Source: Candidatus Heimdallarchaeota archaeon (GTDB lineage: Archaea; Asgardarchaeota; Heimdallarchaeia; Heimdallarchaeales; Heimdallarchaeaceae). Taken from it: a stretch of 64,000 bases of DNA. Shown here piece by piece: positions 30,750 to 40,429 of the stretch. A program made the translations under genes and the position numbers. Within the stretch, counting starts at the first letter, position 1. Each line of letters starts with the position of its first letter. The stretch is from NCBI GenBank assembly GCA_030603365.1, contig JAUVXV010000001.1:64001-128000 (forward strand), read 5' to 3'. The notes under the pieces were generated by a model, which worked only from the letters and a program-made list of their open reading frames with translations, did not search any database and was not told the origin of the DNA.

Positions 30750-30907
30750 GATACCTATTACAGCGCTTTATTTAATCATTTTTTTAATTGGTTAGAACAA
30801 GTGCTTAATCGCTTGGTTAAACAGTTTTAATTTCAAAGTAGAGAGAATAAACCATATAGCTTAACATTAAACCAAACTGTCTGAAAAAAAGTATAGAAAG
30901 AAAAGAA

Positions 30908-31034
30908 TGGTGCGGGGAGGGAGATTCGAACTCCCGAACCACTAAGGAACGGATTTCTCATTTTTTCTAACCCTTATCTTAGGCTTAAACCAAGATCTTA
31001 AGTCCGCCGCCGTTGGCCACTTGGCTATCCCCGC
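30908..31034 (-). tRNA. tRNA-Leu(UAA) with ~42-nt canonical intron, CCA encoded
   Basis: GCGGGGA/TCCCCGC acceptor stem, GCGGA-CT-TAA-G anticodon arm, intron, long variable arm, GTTCGAAT T-loop. Confidence 0.92.
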
Positions 31035-31114
31035 TTTGAAATTTAATTCACTTGCTATTATTATGAAACATGTTCATTTTTTAAGATTTTTCATGTTGAT
31101 TGAATTATTAACTA

Positions 31115-32428
31115 TTATGGATGTAACCTTGATGGATCTCTTGGAAGCAATCTTGCTTCTCGAACATTTTGTAAATTCAACACTTTTTGTACAAATCTTT
31201 CTATTCCTGTACCACTCCCACCATGAGGTGGAGCTCCATTTCTAAAGAATTGAAGGTAACTGTCTACTTCTTTCAATTTGAAGTCTTTTTCAGTAGCCTG
31301 TTTAGTTAGAATGTCCACCCTATGCTCTCTTTGTCCACCTGTTGTTAGTTCTTGCCCTTTGTATAAGAGGTCAAAAGATTTTGTCAAATTAGGATCTTCA
31401 TCATCTTTCATAGTATAAAATGGTCTTACTTCCCATGGGTATTGATCAACAAATACAAAATCGGAATTCCATTTTTCCTTTGCATACTGACCAATTATCT
31501 TCTCTGCTTCTGCATCTAAATCTTCATACAATCCAAGTTCTTTTCCTTCATTACTTAAAATCTCATTACACTTTGGAATAGAGATTATGGGCCATTCTTT
31601 TGGTTGTTTATCAATTACAACATCTAATTCTTCTAACACTGCTCCTTTGGTTTTACTTATTGTATCTAAAGCATAATCTACTGCACCTTGAAGAACTTTC
31701 ATTACATCAAGTTGATTTTTAATGTACGATATCTCAAAATCGATGGAAGTATACTCGCAAAGATGTCTTGAAGTATGATGTTTTTCAGCTCTAAAGACAG
31801 GTCCAATTTCAAATACTTTCTCGAATCCTGCCATTAACATCATCTGTTTGTAGAACTGTGGTGATTGAGCCAAGTATGCTTTCTTATCAAAATAACTTAT
31901 CTCAAAGACATTCGCTCCACTTTCAGTTGCAGAACCCACAATTTTAGCGGAAAAGAATTGCAGAAAATTGTTTTTGTTGAAATATTCTTGCAATGAATAG
32001 GCTACTGTACTTTCAATTTCAAATATTTGAGCAATATTTCTGTTTCTGAGATCTAAGAATCGATAATCATACCTTTTATCTGGATTAGTTTCTATTTTCT
32101 CCGTTACTGCTATTGGATACTCCTGAGTCCTTTTATTTAGAACTTCTATGTCCTCTGGAAGAATTTCCTTCCCTTTGGGAGCACTCTCATTAGATACAAT
32201 TTTCCCCTTAACTAATAATATGTCTCCTTCTTGGTAATCAACTTCGAAAATCTCTGGAGTGACTTTCTTTTTTGGTAATACTATCTGTACAACACCAGAC
32301 CTATCTTGTAGTTGAAGGAATTTTAAACCTCCAAGATCTCGAACTTGCTTAATCCAACCAGCTATAGTTGCTTCTTCTAAGTCTTCAAAAAATACTTTGT
32401 TGATAGCAATTCTTGCATGTAAATCCAT
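31115..32428 (-). CDS. aspS: Aspartyl-tRNA synthetase (probably non-discriminating)
   Basis: LAQSPQFYKQ, FRAE, GGQREHR, PPHGG.G.G.ER; Pro in anticodon-binding L1 loop. Confidence 0.93.
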   Translation of the reverse strand: MDLHARIAINKVFFEDLEEATIAGWIKQVRDLGGLKFLQLQDRSGVVQIVLPKKKVTPEIFEVDYQEGDILLVKGKIVSNESAPKGKEILPEDIEVLNKRTQEYPIAVTEKIETNPDKRYDYRFLDLRNRNIAQIFEIESTVAYSLQEYFNKNNFLQFFSAKIVGSATESGANVFEISYFDKKAYLAQSPQFYKQMMLMAGFEKVFEIGPVFRAEKHHTSRHLCEYTSIDFEISYIKNQLDVMKVLQGAVDYALDTISKTKGAVLEELDVVIDKQPKEWPIISIPKCNEILSNEGKELGLYEDLDAEAEKIIGQYAKEKWNSDFVFVDQYPWEVRPFYTMKDDEDPNLTKSFDLLYKGQELTTGGQREHRVDILTKQATEKDFKLKEVDSYLQFFRNGAPPHGGSGTGIERFVQKVLNLQNVREARLLPRDPSRLHP

Positions 32429-32568
32429 TTGCTGTCCTCTTTTTTATGTTTGCAACTTTGATATTTAATTAAAAAAGGTTCTCATTTTTGTTGTATTTTC
32501 TAGAAAAACATTATAAAAGAGAAAAAACATTATGTATTATATCAACAAAATAGGTTTAAGCGATATAT

Positions 32569-33258
32569 ATGAAGAAGATTGTAATCAAATTTGGTGGATC
32601 TGTTTTATATAAGGAAAACATGGAATTGAATGTTGATAGAATCAGAGAAATAGTGGATGCTATTATTGTACTTCATGAGGATGGTTATAAACTTGCAATA
32701 GTTGTTGGAGGAGGTAAATTAGCTCGTGTCATTATTCAAGCAAGTGATGTTCTTGGACATGCAGCAACATTCAAAGATATTCTTGCTGTCGAATCTACAA
32801 GAATTCATGCTTTACTAGTCATTGCCTCATTAAAGAATAAAGCATATTTACTTGTACCAAGATCATTTGAAGATATAGGAAAAGCTCTCTCCACTGGTAA
32901 AATAGTTGTTACTGGTGGATTACAACCTGGACAGTCCACAAGTGCGGTTGCTGCACTTGTTGCAGAATATTGGGGTGCAGATTTACTGCTTAATCTAACA
33001 AACGTGGATAAGGTCTTCGATAAAGATCCGAAAAAGTTTCCAGATGCCAAAGAACTAGATAGAATATCAGCTGAAGAACTACTAGATATAATCTCAAAGC
33101 AAGAAGAGGAACCAGGAAAATATGCCTTATTTGATAAAGTTGGATGCGAGATAATAAAGAGATCTCGATTAAAAGTAGTATTTGCTAATGGTCAAGATCC
33201 ATCTAATATATTCAAGGCAGTGAAAGGAGAATCTGTAGGAACATTAGTTTCTGACTAA
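32569..33258 (+). CDS. pyrH: Uridylate kinase
   Basis: VIKFGGS, VVGGGKLAR, PGQST.AVAA, TNVD..FDKDP. Confidence 0.93.
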   Translation: MKKIVIKFGGSVLYKENMELNVDRIREIVDAIIVLHEDGYKLAIVVGGGKLARVIIQASDVLGHAATFKDILAVESTRIHALLVIASLKNKAYLLVPRSFEDIGKALSTGKIVVTGGLQPGQSTSAVAALVAEYWGADLLLNLTNVDKVFDKDPKKFPDAKELDRISAEELLDIISKQEEEPGKYALFDKVGCEIIKRSRLKVVFANGQDPSNIFKAVKGESVGTLVSD

Positions 33259-33277
33259 TTCTCTCTTATTTTTCGTC

Positions 33278-34561
33278 TTAGTAATTGTCATACGACTTGT
33301 AACGCAAAATCGCTGCTATTCCACCAAATGTATTATAGAGCATAGCTCCATCATCATGATCTGTTGATATTACTTCTAGTGTAGCATTTGTTTTTGTTGC
33401 AAGTTCATTTAATTCTGTAATTAAGTCCATCTCACTCTCAATGTACATTCGAGAATTACTGCATTCGGGGCAATTTCTATCTGACAGTTTTTTAACAAAA
33501 TTATTGTAATCTCTTGTTTTGACTGATTCTTCAGTTGTATACTCACAGTTGTCACATTTAATTTCAAGTGTAACACGATCAACGTCTTCACTAGCAAGTA
33601 CAATGTCAACAGAAGCTTTTTCTAAAGCATCTTTAACGAATTTTTCTCCATATGTAGCTAATCCTGTATCTTTCCCTAAGTGTTCCATAAATTTCTCCAT
33701 TAACAGCCTTTCTTTTACAAGATCAAAATCAGCTAACTTGTCCTGCGCTTTCCCCAATAGTTCTCTCATCCCTTGTAATCCTCCGTATCCAACATCATAT
33801 ATTCCAATAACTTTTTCTTGCACACGATAATCTATTTCTTTACTTTCCAAATATTGTGATTTGGACAGTGCAGGACCACCTATAATTATCGCTTCCACAG
33901 GAAAATCTTCTAGATAGATTTTGTTCATTTTATCTGCAACTTTGGTGTACCACTTTTGTGCTGCTTCTTCTATCAATCTTTGAAAACGTGCTTGTGATTG
34001 ACCACCCATTTTATGTTTCCCAGGAACATGTGAATCTTCCTCCCAGTAAATGTCAATTTTAGAGCCTTGAACTGCTGCGATAGTTGCTGTTCCTCGAGCT
34101 ACAATTGCTAATCCATAACGTTGTTTACTCTCTAACATCTCTTTTAAGTGTTCAACAAGGAAAATCTGATCACAACGATATAATTTTATGCCAACTGGAT
34201 CTGGAGGAGAAATGGAAAAATACTCAATTTTATTGTTCTGAGTAAGTCCACAGAAGATGACTAAGCCATGTTCACCTGCATTCTTGATAGTTTTCATTCT
34301 AGATAGAATTGATGAGATTGCAGATTGAATAGCTTTACCTGTACTTTTATCCTTGATATTTGTTGCAGTTCCATATTCATTTTTAAGTTGAGAGGTGATA
34401 TCATGAATTCTTGTACCTGGTGGAATGTATAAGGAGATCAAACTTGTAGACATATTGAAACTTCTTCTTGCTTCCAGTTTTGCGATATCGTGTTTCAACA
34501 TATATCTTTCAACAGAACTTCTCTTCTTTTCTTGTTGTTGAGTCATTTTCTTTCTTCTCAA
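33278..34561 (-). CDS. prf1: Peptide chain release factor aRF1
   Basis: TATNIKD, Y.CD, KHKMGGQSQARF, FGGIAAILRY. Confidence 0.97.
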   Translation of the reverse strand: MRRKKMTQQQEKKRSSVERYMLKHDIAKLEARRSFNMSTSLISLYIPPGTRIHDITSQLKNEYGTATNIKDKSTGKAIQSAISSILSRMKTIKNAGEHGLVIFCGLTQNNKIEYFSISPPDPVGIKLYRCDQIFLVEHLKEMLESKQRYGLAIVARGTATIAAVQGSKIDIYWEEDSHVPGKHKMGGQSQARFQRLIEEAAQKWYTKVADKMNKIYLEDFPVEAIIIGGPALSKSQYLESKEIDYRVQEKVIGIYDVGYGGLQGMRELLGKAQDKLADFDLVKERLLMEKFMEHLGKDTGLATYGEKFVKDALEKASVDIVLASEDVDRVTLEIKCDNCEYTTEESVKTRDYNNFVKKLSDRNCPECSNSRMYIESEMDLITELNELATKTNATLEVISTDHDDGAMLYNTFGGIAAILRYKSYDNY

Positions 34562-34710
34562 ATATTATATGATGTGAAAATCTTCAATTAGATTGACATA
34601 TTCATTTTAGATAAAGAACAAAAATTTCTTATTATCCTTTTGGATATGCGATTTTTTGATGTTTTTTGAAAACCAGAGAAATATTTTAGAAAGATTAACT
34701 AAATATTATA

Positions 34711-34974
34711 TTGACTATTATGGTTATGAAAGAACAAATAGAGGTTGACTTACTAGATATTTTTGTGTCTTTGAATAGGGGATTGAATATTTCTGATATA
34801 TCTTTTCAACTCAATAATCTATATGCCCCTAAAGGGGAATCAGCAGAGCCTGAAATGATTTTAGCAGTGTTAAATGCTCTGACAGAAAAGGAATTCTTAA
34901 GAAAATTTCAAGTAGGGACTTTGGATAGTTGGAAAATAACAGAAGACGGAGAAGATTATTTCTATAGTCTTTAA
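34711..34974 (+). CDS. Small winged-helix protein
   Basis: L..L.EK.FL....W.ITEDG wHTH pattern. Confidence 0.55.
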   Translation: MTIMVMKEQIEVDLLDIFVSLNRGLNISDISFQLNNLYAPKGESAEPEMILAVLNALTEKEFLRKFQVGTLDSWKITEDGEDYFYSL

Positions 34975-34999
34975 CGCAATCTAAAGTGAGAAGAGATAG

Positions 35000-35758
35000 A
35001 TGGATTTAAGGGAAAGTCTTGGATTGCCTGTAGAGAGCGAAAATACAGTTCTCCAATATGATAATAATGAAATTAGTGTAAAGAATATATTTGTGTACAA
35101 AGTGAAGGATATAGAATCAAGCTTAAGCCAAAAGGAATGGGAAGGGAAAGATAACGATGAAGAGGTTTTCAGAGTCTATGAGGGGTTGAGGAGAGTTGAA
35201 GATAAAGAACTGTGGGATACTATACGGTTTGATGTGATAATTATACAGCCAGGACATTTGGGTGCTAACTACAAGAGTACCCCTGGTTATTATAGATCTG
35301 TTGCAGAAAATGGCTATAACTATCCGGAAATCTACCAAGTTGTAGATGGATATGCTGAATTTTTACTACAACAACCAGGAGAAAAACATGAATTGGTAAA
35401 AGATGCAATTATGTTAAGAGTTCAGAAATTTGATGCCATTATTATACCTCCAGTATATGGTGTTTCTATAATAAATCCAAGTGAGAAACAAACCATATTA
35501 GCAAGAATAAGAGCAGATGAAGCAAAAGAAATAACAGAACGATATGAAAGAACAGAAGGAACATGTTACAGTAGGAGGGTGGAAGGAAGGTGGGAGTATA
35601 ATGAAAATTATGAAGAAATACCTCAATTAAGGTTAGGGGAGCCACAGAATAAATGGAAAACAGTCAAGCGAGGAATACCAATTTATGCATCATACGTATA
35701 TAGACCCAAACATTTCAGATCATTGGTAGAGCCTGATCCCGCAGAATTCCTATTGTAA
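35000..35758 (+). CDS. Cupin-type glucose-6-phosphate isomerase-like protein (metal ligands degenerate)
   Basis: RFDV.II.PG..G..Y.ST.GYY, YPEIY.V..G.A.FLLQ, IPP.YG.S.INP. Confidence 0.75.
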   Translation: MDLRESLGLPVESENTVLQYDNNEISVKNIFVYKVKDIESSLSQKEWEGKDNDEEVFRVYEGLRRVEDKELWDTIRFDVIIIQPGHLGANYKSTPGYYRSVAENGYNYPEIYQVVDGYAEFLLQQPGEKHELVKDAIMLRVQKFDAIIIPPVYGVSIINPSEKQTILARIRADEAKEITERYERTEGTCYSRRVEGRWEYNENYEEIPQLRLGEPQNKWKTVKRGIPIYASYVYRPKHFRSLVEPDPAEFLL

Positions 35759-35764
35759 CAAAGT

Positions 35765-36256
35765 TCATTCATCTGCTCCATAAATTTCTTTGTCAGTCCA
35801 TCCAGTCGAACGTTTAAGTAGCCATTGTAATTGTCCTAAATGTCTGTGTTCATGGTTGATTAGACGTACTAAATAAATACGTCTTTGCATTTTTCCTTTC
35901 CACATGTCAATATGTTCTTCTTCTTGTTCAAGTGTAAGTAAAGATAGACGTTCATTAAGAACAGGAGAAATTTTGTTGAATTCGTCAATTATTTCCTCTA
36001 GAGTAGCTTGATTATCTACCTTTTCTTCAAGATCAAAAGCAAACCCAGAAGGGTCCAATGACGCACCTGGGAGTTTATCAAGAATCCACCATATGTTCAT
36101 AAGGAGATGTCGAAATATTAGTTCAGGAGACCAGGTATCCTCAATAATAGAGCTGTAGAAATGTTTCTTGTCAATTTTTTGAAAAAAACCTAAGGTCTTC
36201 ACTCTATCTTCTTCAACTATATTGTAAAGATGCTGAATAGAAATCATCGATATCAA
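35765..36256 (-). CDS. DinB/YfiT-family protein
   Basis: WSPELIFRHL...HEHRHLGQL. Confidence 0.8.
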   Translation of the reverse strand: MISMISIQHLYNIVEEDRVKTLGFFQKIDKKHFYSSIIEDTWSPELIFRHLLMNIWWILDKLPGASLDPSGFAFDLEEKVDNQATLEEIIDEFNKISPVLNERLSLLTLEQEEEHIDMWKGKMQRRIYLVRLINHEHRHLGQLQWLLKRSTGWTDKEIYGADE

Positions 36257-36359
36257 GAAGTTCAGTGTTTAGACACTTATATTTATTATATTTTATAATT
36301 GTGAAGAAAGTAGTAAAAAAAGTACAAAAACTATAAAATCTAAGTAAAGCAAAGAAAAA

Positions 36360-36468
36360 TGGTGGGGCATAACAGATTTGAACTGTCGACCCCCCGGTCT
36401 CGAATTAAAATCCTTTCAAGAATTTTAAATATCAGCCGAGTGCTCTAACCAAGCTGAGCTAATGCCCC
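36360..36468 (-). tRNA. tRNA-Ile(GAU) with ~31-nt canonical intron, CCA encoded
   Basis: GGGGCAT/ATGCCCC acceptor, CTCGG-CT-GAT-A, hairpin-forming intron, GTTCAAAT. Confidence 0.92.
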
Positions 36469-36593
36469 GTTCTTACTGCATTCTTCCTAATTTATTACTT
36501 TTAAAAATGTTTTCTTATAATTCCAAAAAAAAGAAGGAAAGGAATAGTAATAGATTAAAACACCCATACTTCTACGTTTATTATGGTGTTCAA

Positions 36594-36968
36594 ATGAGTT
36601 CTGAAGATGTTGAACTTGTCAATGAAGCTCTAGATATCTATTTTGAAGGGAATAAGGAGCTCAATGCTAAAAAGATCCTCTCTGTTTGGGATAAAGATTT
36701 GAAAATTATCTCAACAGAAAGAACACAAGGTCCTCAAGCTTGGATAGAAATGGAAGAACACTATAAAAAGGAAATAAACAATGATATGAGTAAATGGGAT
36801 ATAAGCTTCAACACTATCACCATAGATGTTTTTAGAAATTGTGCATCAGTTCGATTGGATGTGAAATATAAACTTGATTCCAAAGAATTTAGTGAAACTC
36901 AGTTTCTACACATGTTAAAGAAAGAAAGCACTTGGTTAATTTATAGTAAGATTTTTGTTTTTTACTAA
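36594..36968 (+). CDS. NTF2/SnoaL-fold (putative lumazine-binding-like) protein
   Basis: YFEG...IDV...A.V......FLH.LK....WLI.SK; start moved to MSSED because track start overlaps tRNA. Confidence 0.7.
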   Translation: MSSEDVELVNEALDIYFEGNKELNAKKILSVWDKDLKIISTERTQGPQAWIEMEEHYKKEINNDMSKWDISFNTITIDVFRNCASVRLDVKYKLDSKEFSETQFLHMLKKESTWLIYSKIFVFY

Positions 36969-37198
36969 TTGTCCAAGCAATTACTACATCTATCTTCCTT
37001 TGGTTTATAAAAAGGAGATTTTTTCTCGTTTTTCAACATTCGAATCAATCTATCTACCCCCTCAATTTCTTTTACACTTACTCCTGGTTTTTCTTGCAGT
37101 AAATCATGAAATCTTAAAACTTTATTTTTACTATCTACATTAATAACTATTTTAGGGATTGATTCAATTTCTCTTTCAGTTTCATCAGTCATTTGCAA
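36965..37198 (-). CDS. Small hypothetical protein with C-terminal CxxC
   Basis: 77-aa ORF filling gap between genes. Confidence 0.45.
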   Translation of the reverse strand: MQMTDETEREIESIPKIVINVDSKNKVLRFHDLLQEKPGVSVKEIEGVDRLIRMLKNEKKSPFYKPKEDRCSNCLDN

Positions 37199-37320
37199 AT
37201 ACCACTATTGCTTTAGCTCCCAATCTGAATTTTGCATATGATTGGATGTATTACTTGCGTATTTGCCAGATAATTATTATAAACAATTAAGATTTTATAC
37301 TTTACTTGTTCTGTTTTCTT

Positions 37321-37749
37321 ATGTGCCCATCAAAAGATTCTGATGCTTCTATCAAAGCAGGTGCAGATTTATTGTTGAAAGGATGGAAGATGTTGAACAA
37401 AGCTTGCCCTGATTGCATTGAGCCCTTATATGAACGGGATGGAAGAGTAGTTTGTGTGCACTGCAAAAAACAATATGTTATGGTAGACTCAACCGCAGAA
37501 ATCCCACAAAAAGACCAATCTAATCAAGTTCAAAACATTTCCCAACAATCTCCACACTTGCCAAAATCTATGTCCTCATTTGATTTCAGTTCCCTTCCTT
37601 CTGCTCTTGCTGATTCAGCTAAAATAATGCTACACAAGATAACTGATCTCAATGTTAGATTAAAAGAATCAACTGATCCTAAAGAAATAGTTGAATTATC
37701 ATCATCTATTCGTTCTCTTGTTGATTCTCTTCGTTCTTTGACCTCTTAG
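37321..37749 (+). CDS. UPF0148/SSSCA1-family Zn-ribbon protein
   Basis: GADLLLKGWKML..ACPDC..PLY...G...CVHC. Confidence 0.85.
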   Translation: MCPSKDSDASIKAGADLLLKGWKMLNKACPDCIEPLYERDGRVVCVHCKKQYVMVDSTAEIPQKDQSNQVQNISQQSPHLPKSMSSFDFSSLPSALADSAKIMLHKITDLNVRLKESTDPKEIVELSSSIRSLVDSLRSLTS

Positions 37750-40186
37750 ATGCTTTCTCTCTTTTATCTTTTCTCAGGAAGTCTAAGTCCTCTTTCATAG
37801 TACTAGTTTCTTCTCCCGTTTCTATTTCGTTATAGTTACTATAAATATAATCTATAATATCTGAAGCAATTTTTTCTCCTATTCCTCTTACTTCAAAGAA
37901 ATCTTCTAAGTTAGCTGTCATTATATTTCGGATAGAACCAAAATGCTTCAGTAATCGATTTGAAATTTTGTGATCAATATGCGGTAAAGAAGCTATTGTC
38001 TCTTCCAGCTGAATTTTAAGACCCATTCCTTTTCTTTTACCTATAGTTATTCTTCTTTTTCTCTCTTCTTGTTCTCTTCTTGCAAAAGAAAATAGAATTT
38101 CCGCTGTTTCCTTCTGATTTCTAGTATATATTATTGGTAATCGGAAATCTGTTGCTAAGGATGTTAATGCTCCTGCAAGTGCGTGTGGATGAAGAGATGA
38201 ACTGAAAAGATTCAAATCACCTTCTATAATTAGAACAGGCTTGGAACAGCTTTCTACCATCGCTTTCGTTTGTGTAAATAATCTTTTGTCAATTATCGAC
38301 TTCACAAAATCCTCTTCGGTTTTTCTTTCTACAATTATTTGATCAGAACAAATATAATCTCCAAAATCTAATCTTTCAAAACCAATTTCCACTTCTTTTT
38401 TCATTAGTTCTTTAATTACAACAGAGTTTCTTTCTCTACTGTCACATATTATTTTGATTTTTCCTTCTTCTTTCTCAAATATTATTTCTTTCTTCTCTTC
38501 TTCAAAATCTTCTATAACCTGTTCCTTGTCCTCTTTTACAATTGAAGCCTTTTCTGCTTCTTTGAGAAAATCGACAATACCTTTTTGTTGATCTTTCTTT
38601 GGTTGTTTTCTAGAGCCTTTGTGTCCATCTAGTTTCTTGACTAGTTTTCTCATTTTTTGAGTTTGCCTTTTCGAAGCCCACATATATGCTTCATCCCTTG
38701 TCCCCTCCGCGATTAGCATGATCACTTTGCCTTCTTTTCTTCTTCCAGTTCTTCCTTTTCTTTGAATTAATCGTATCGCACTGGGGACTGCATCGTAAAA
38801 AACTACAAGCTCACATTCTCCTATGTCTAGCCCTTCTTCAGCTACACTAGTTGAAACTAATACATTATATGTCCCATCACGAAATTCTTGCATAATTTCT
38901 ATCTGTTCTTTTTGAGATAGTCCTTTGTCTCCTCGGGCTGATGACTGTCCCACAAACCAATGGCTATTAATCCCTTTAATTTTACTTAATTCATCACTAA
39001 TCATTTTTGCTGTCACTCTGAAATGTGCAAAAACTAGAATTCTATTATTGGGATTATTTTTTAATTCTTCAGATATCAGTTCCCTAAGTCTTTCAATTTT
39101 AGGATGGATTATTTTATCTTCTTGAAGCTTTTGAACTGATTCCACGACTTTTCGCATCTCTTCAGAAAACATGAGGTCTTTAAGTGCTCTACTCCCTTTC
39201 CCAAATTTTATTTCGTTTATTTGACCCTCTAAGTATTTGCTTAATGATGGTATTCCTTGTGTTTCAATAAGCTCAGTAGCGTGAGATAGCCTAATTGAAT
39301 TGCCTACTAAAGACATTGCTCTAAAGAATTCCGACCTATCTTCTGTATTTTCACTAAATTTCTCGTTAACTCTAGCTCTTAATTGTAAAAGTTCTTTTCT
39401 TGGATTGTTCTTTGGTTGAGCAGATGCGATTATCTCTAATTCTTTTAACCCTTCTAGAATTATTTTGAAAAGATCATTTAGTGTATCTATTATTACCTTA
39501 AATTCCTCAGCAAGAGGAATTATCTCCCAGTTTTCTTTTATCTCATGAATGTATTGTCTAACATCATCAGAACTTTCATCTCTCATTTCAACATTTGTGA
39601 TATAGAGATTGTTTTGGACATCTTCTATGCGTTCAATTTTAGATCCTGGACTTGCGGTTAATCCAAGCAAAAGCGAATTTTTTGCTTTCTTATGATATTG
39701 ATCAGCTATGAACACATAACTGTGATCTCCCACACTTTTATGAGCCTCATCTAAGCATAGAAAAACTATTTCGTCAAGTTTGACTCTTCTTTGGATTATG
39801 TCATTTTGAATGGTTTGGGGGGTACAGATGAATACTTTACCTTGTTCCCATATCTCTTTTCTTTTCTTTGGGTCTATCTGTCCAGAAACCTGAATTATTG
39901 TTTCTGTATCAATATTCAGGGATTCTTTTAGTGTACGCTCGTGTTGATCCAGCAAAGGTTTTGTAGGGGCACAAAAAACAATTTTTCCTTCTGGATATTT
40001 TTCTAAACGGTGAGCAGCTATCATTAAAAACAAAACAGTTTTTCCCAAACCTGTAGGTAGAACAACAAGTGAGTTTTCCTTAATACATGAAGCAAATAGT
40101 GTCTGCTGGTATAATCTAGCTTCAACTTTATTTGTTTTGATAAGTGGATGGTTAAGGTATTCTGTTTGATTCATAAGAAAACACAT
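37706..40186 (-). CDS. hef: Hef (FANCM-like DEAH helicase + XPF nuclease)
   Basis: RLYQ, LPTGLGKT, DEAH, TASPG, QRKGRTGR, DSRE, GDY, ERKT..D, HhH. Confidence 0.95.
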   Translation of the reverse strand: MCFLMNQTEYLNHPLIKTNKVEARLYQQTLFASCIKENSLVVLPTGLGKTVLFLMIAAHRLEKYPEGKIVFCAPTKPLLDQHERTLKESLNIDTETIIQVSGQIDPKKRKEIWEQGKVFICTPQTIQNDIIQRRVKLDEIVFLCLDEAHKSVGDHSYVFIADQYHKKAKNSLLLGLTASPGSKIERIEDVQNNLYITNVEMRDESSDDVRQYIHEIKENWEIIPLAEEFKVIIDTLNDLFKIILEGLKELEIIASAQPKNNPRKELLQLRARVNEKFSENTEDRSEFFRAMSLVGNSIRLSHATELIETQGIPSLSKYLEGQINEIKFGKGSRALKDLMFSEEMRKVVESVQKLQEDKIIHPKIERLRELISEELKNNPNNRILVFAHFRVTAKMISDELSKIKGINSHWFVGQSSARGDKGLSQKEQIEIMQEFRDGTYNVLVSTSVAEEGLDIGECELVVFYDAVPSAIRLIQRKGRTGRRKEGKVIMLIAEGTRDEAYMWASKRQTQKMRKLVKKLDGHKGSRKQPKKDQQKGIVDFLKEAEKASIVKEDKEQVIEDFEEEKKEIIFEKEEGKIKIICDSRERNSVVIKELMKKEVEIGFERLDFGDYICSDQIIVERKTEEDFVKSIIDKRLFTQTKAMVESCSKPVLIIEGDLNLFSSSLHPHALAGALTSLATDFRLPIIYTRNQKETAEILFSFARREQEERKRRITIGKRKGMGLKIQLEETIASLPHIDHKISNRLLKHFGSIRNIMTANLEDFFEVRGIGEKIASDIIDYIYSNYNEIETGEETSTMKEDLDFLRKDKREKASKRSKNEENQQENE

Positions 40187-40429
40187 TCACTGTAGCATAA
40201 GATGTTCTTTTTTTTAATATTTAAACTATTAACTCTTTATTATATCTATGTTATATAATTTATTGATTAAAGCTCGTTATGTTAATTATGAAGAAAGTAG
40301 TATTCAAGTCAATAATTCTTGACGATTATATTAAAAAGGTCTTAATAATAGTGAATATTGATACAACGATTATAATTGGGTGATAAATCACTCAATTTTT
40401 AAATCAAAAATATCGACCTATACAAAAAG

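Noticed and set aside
36462-36593. N-terminal extension of the NTF2-like ORF
   Set aside because: Overlaps tRNA-Ile and its promoter region; real start likely 36594
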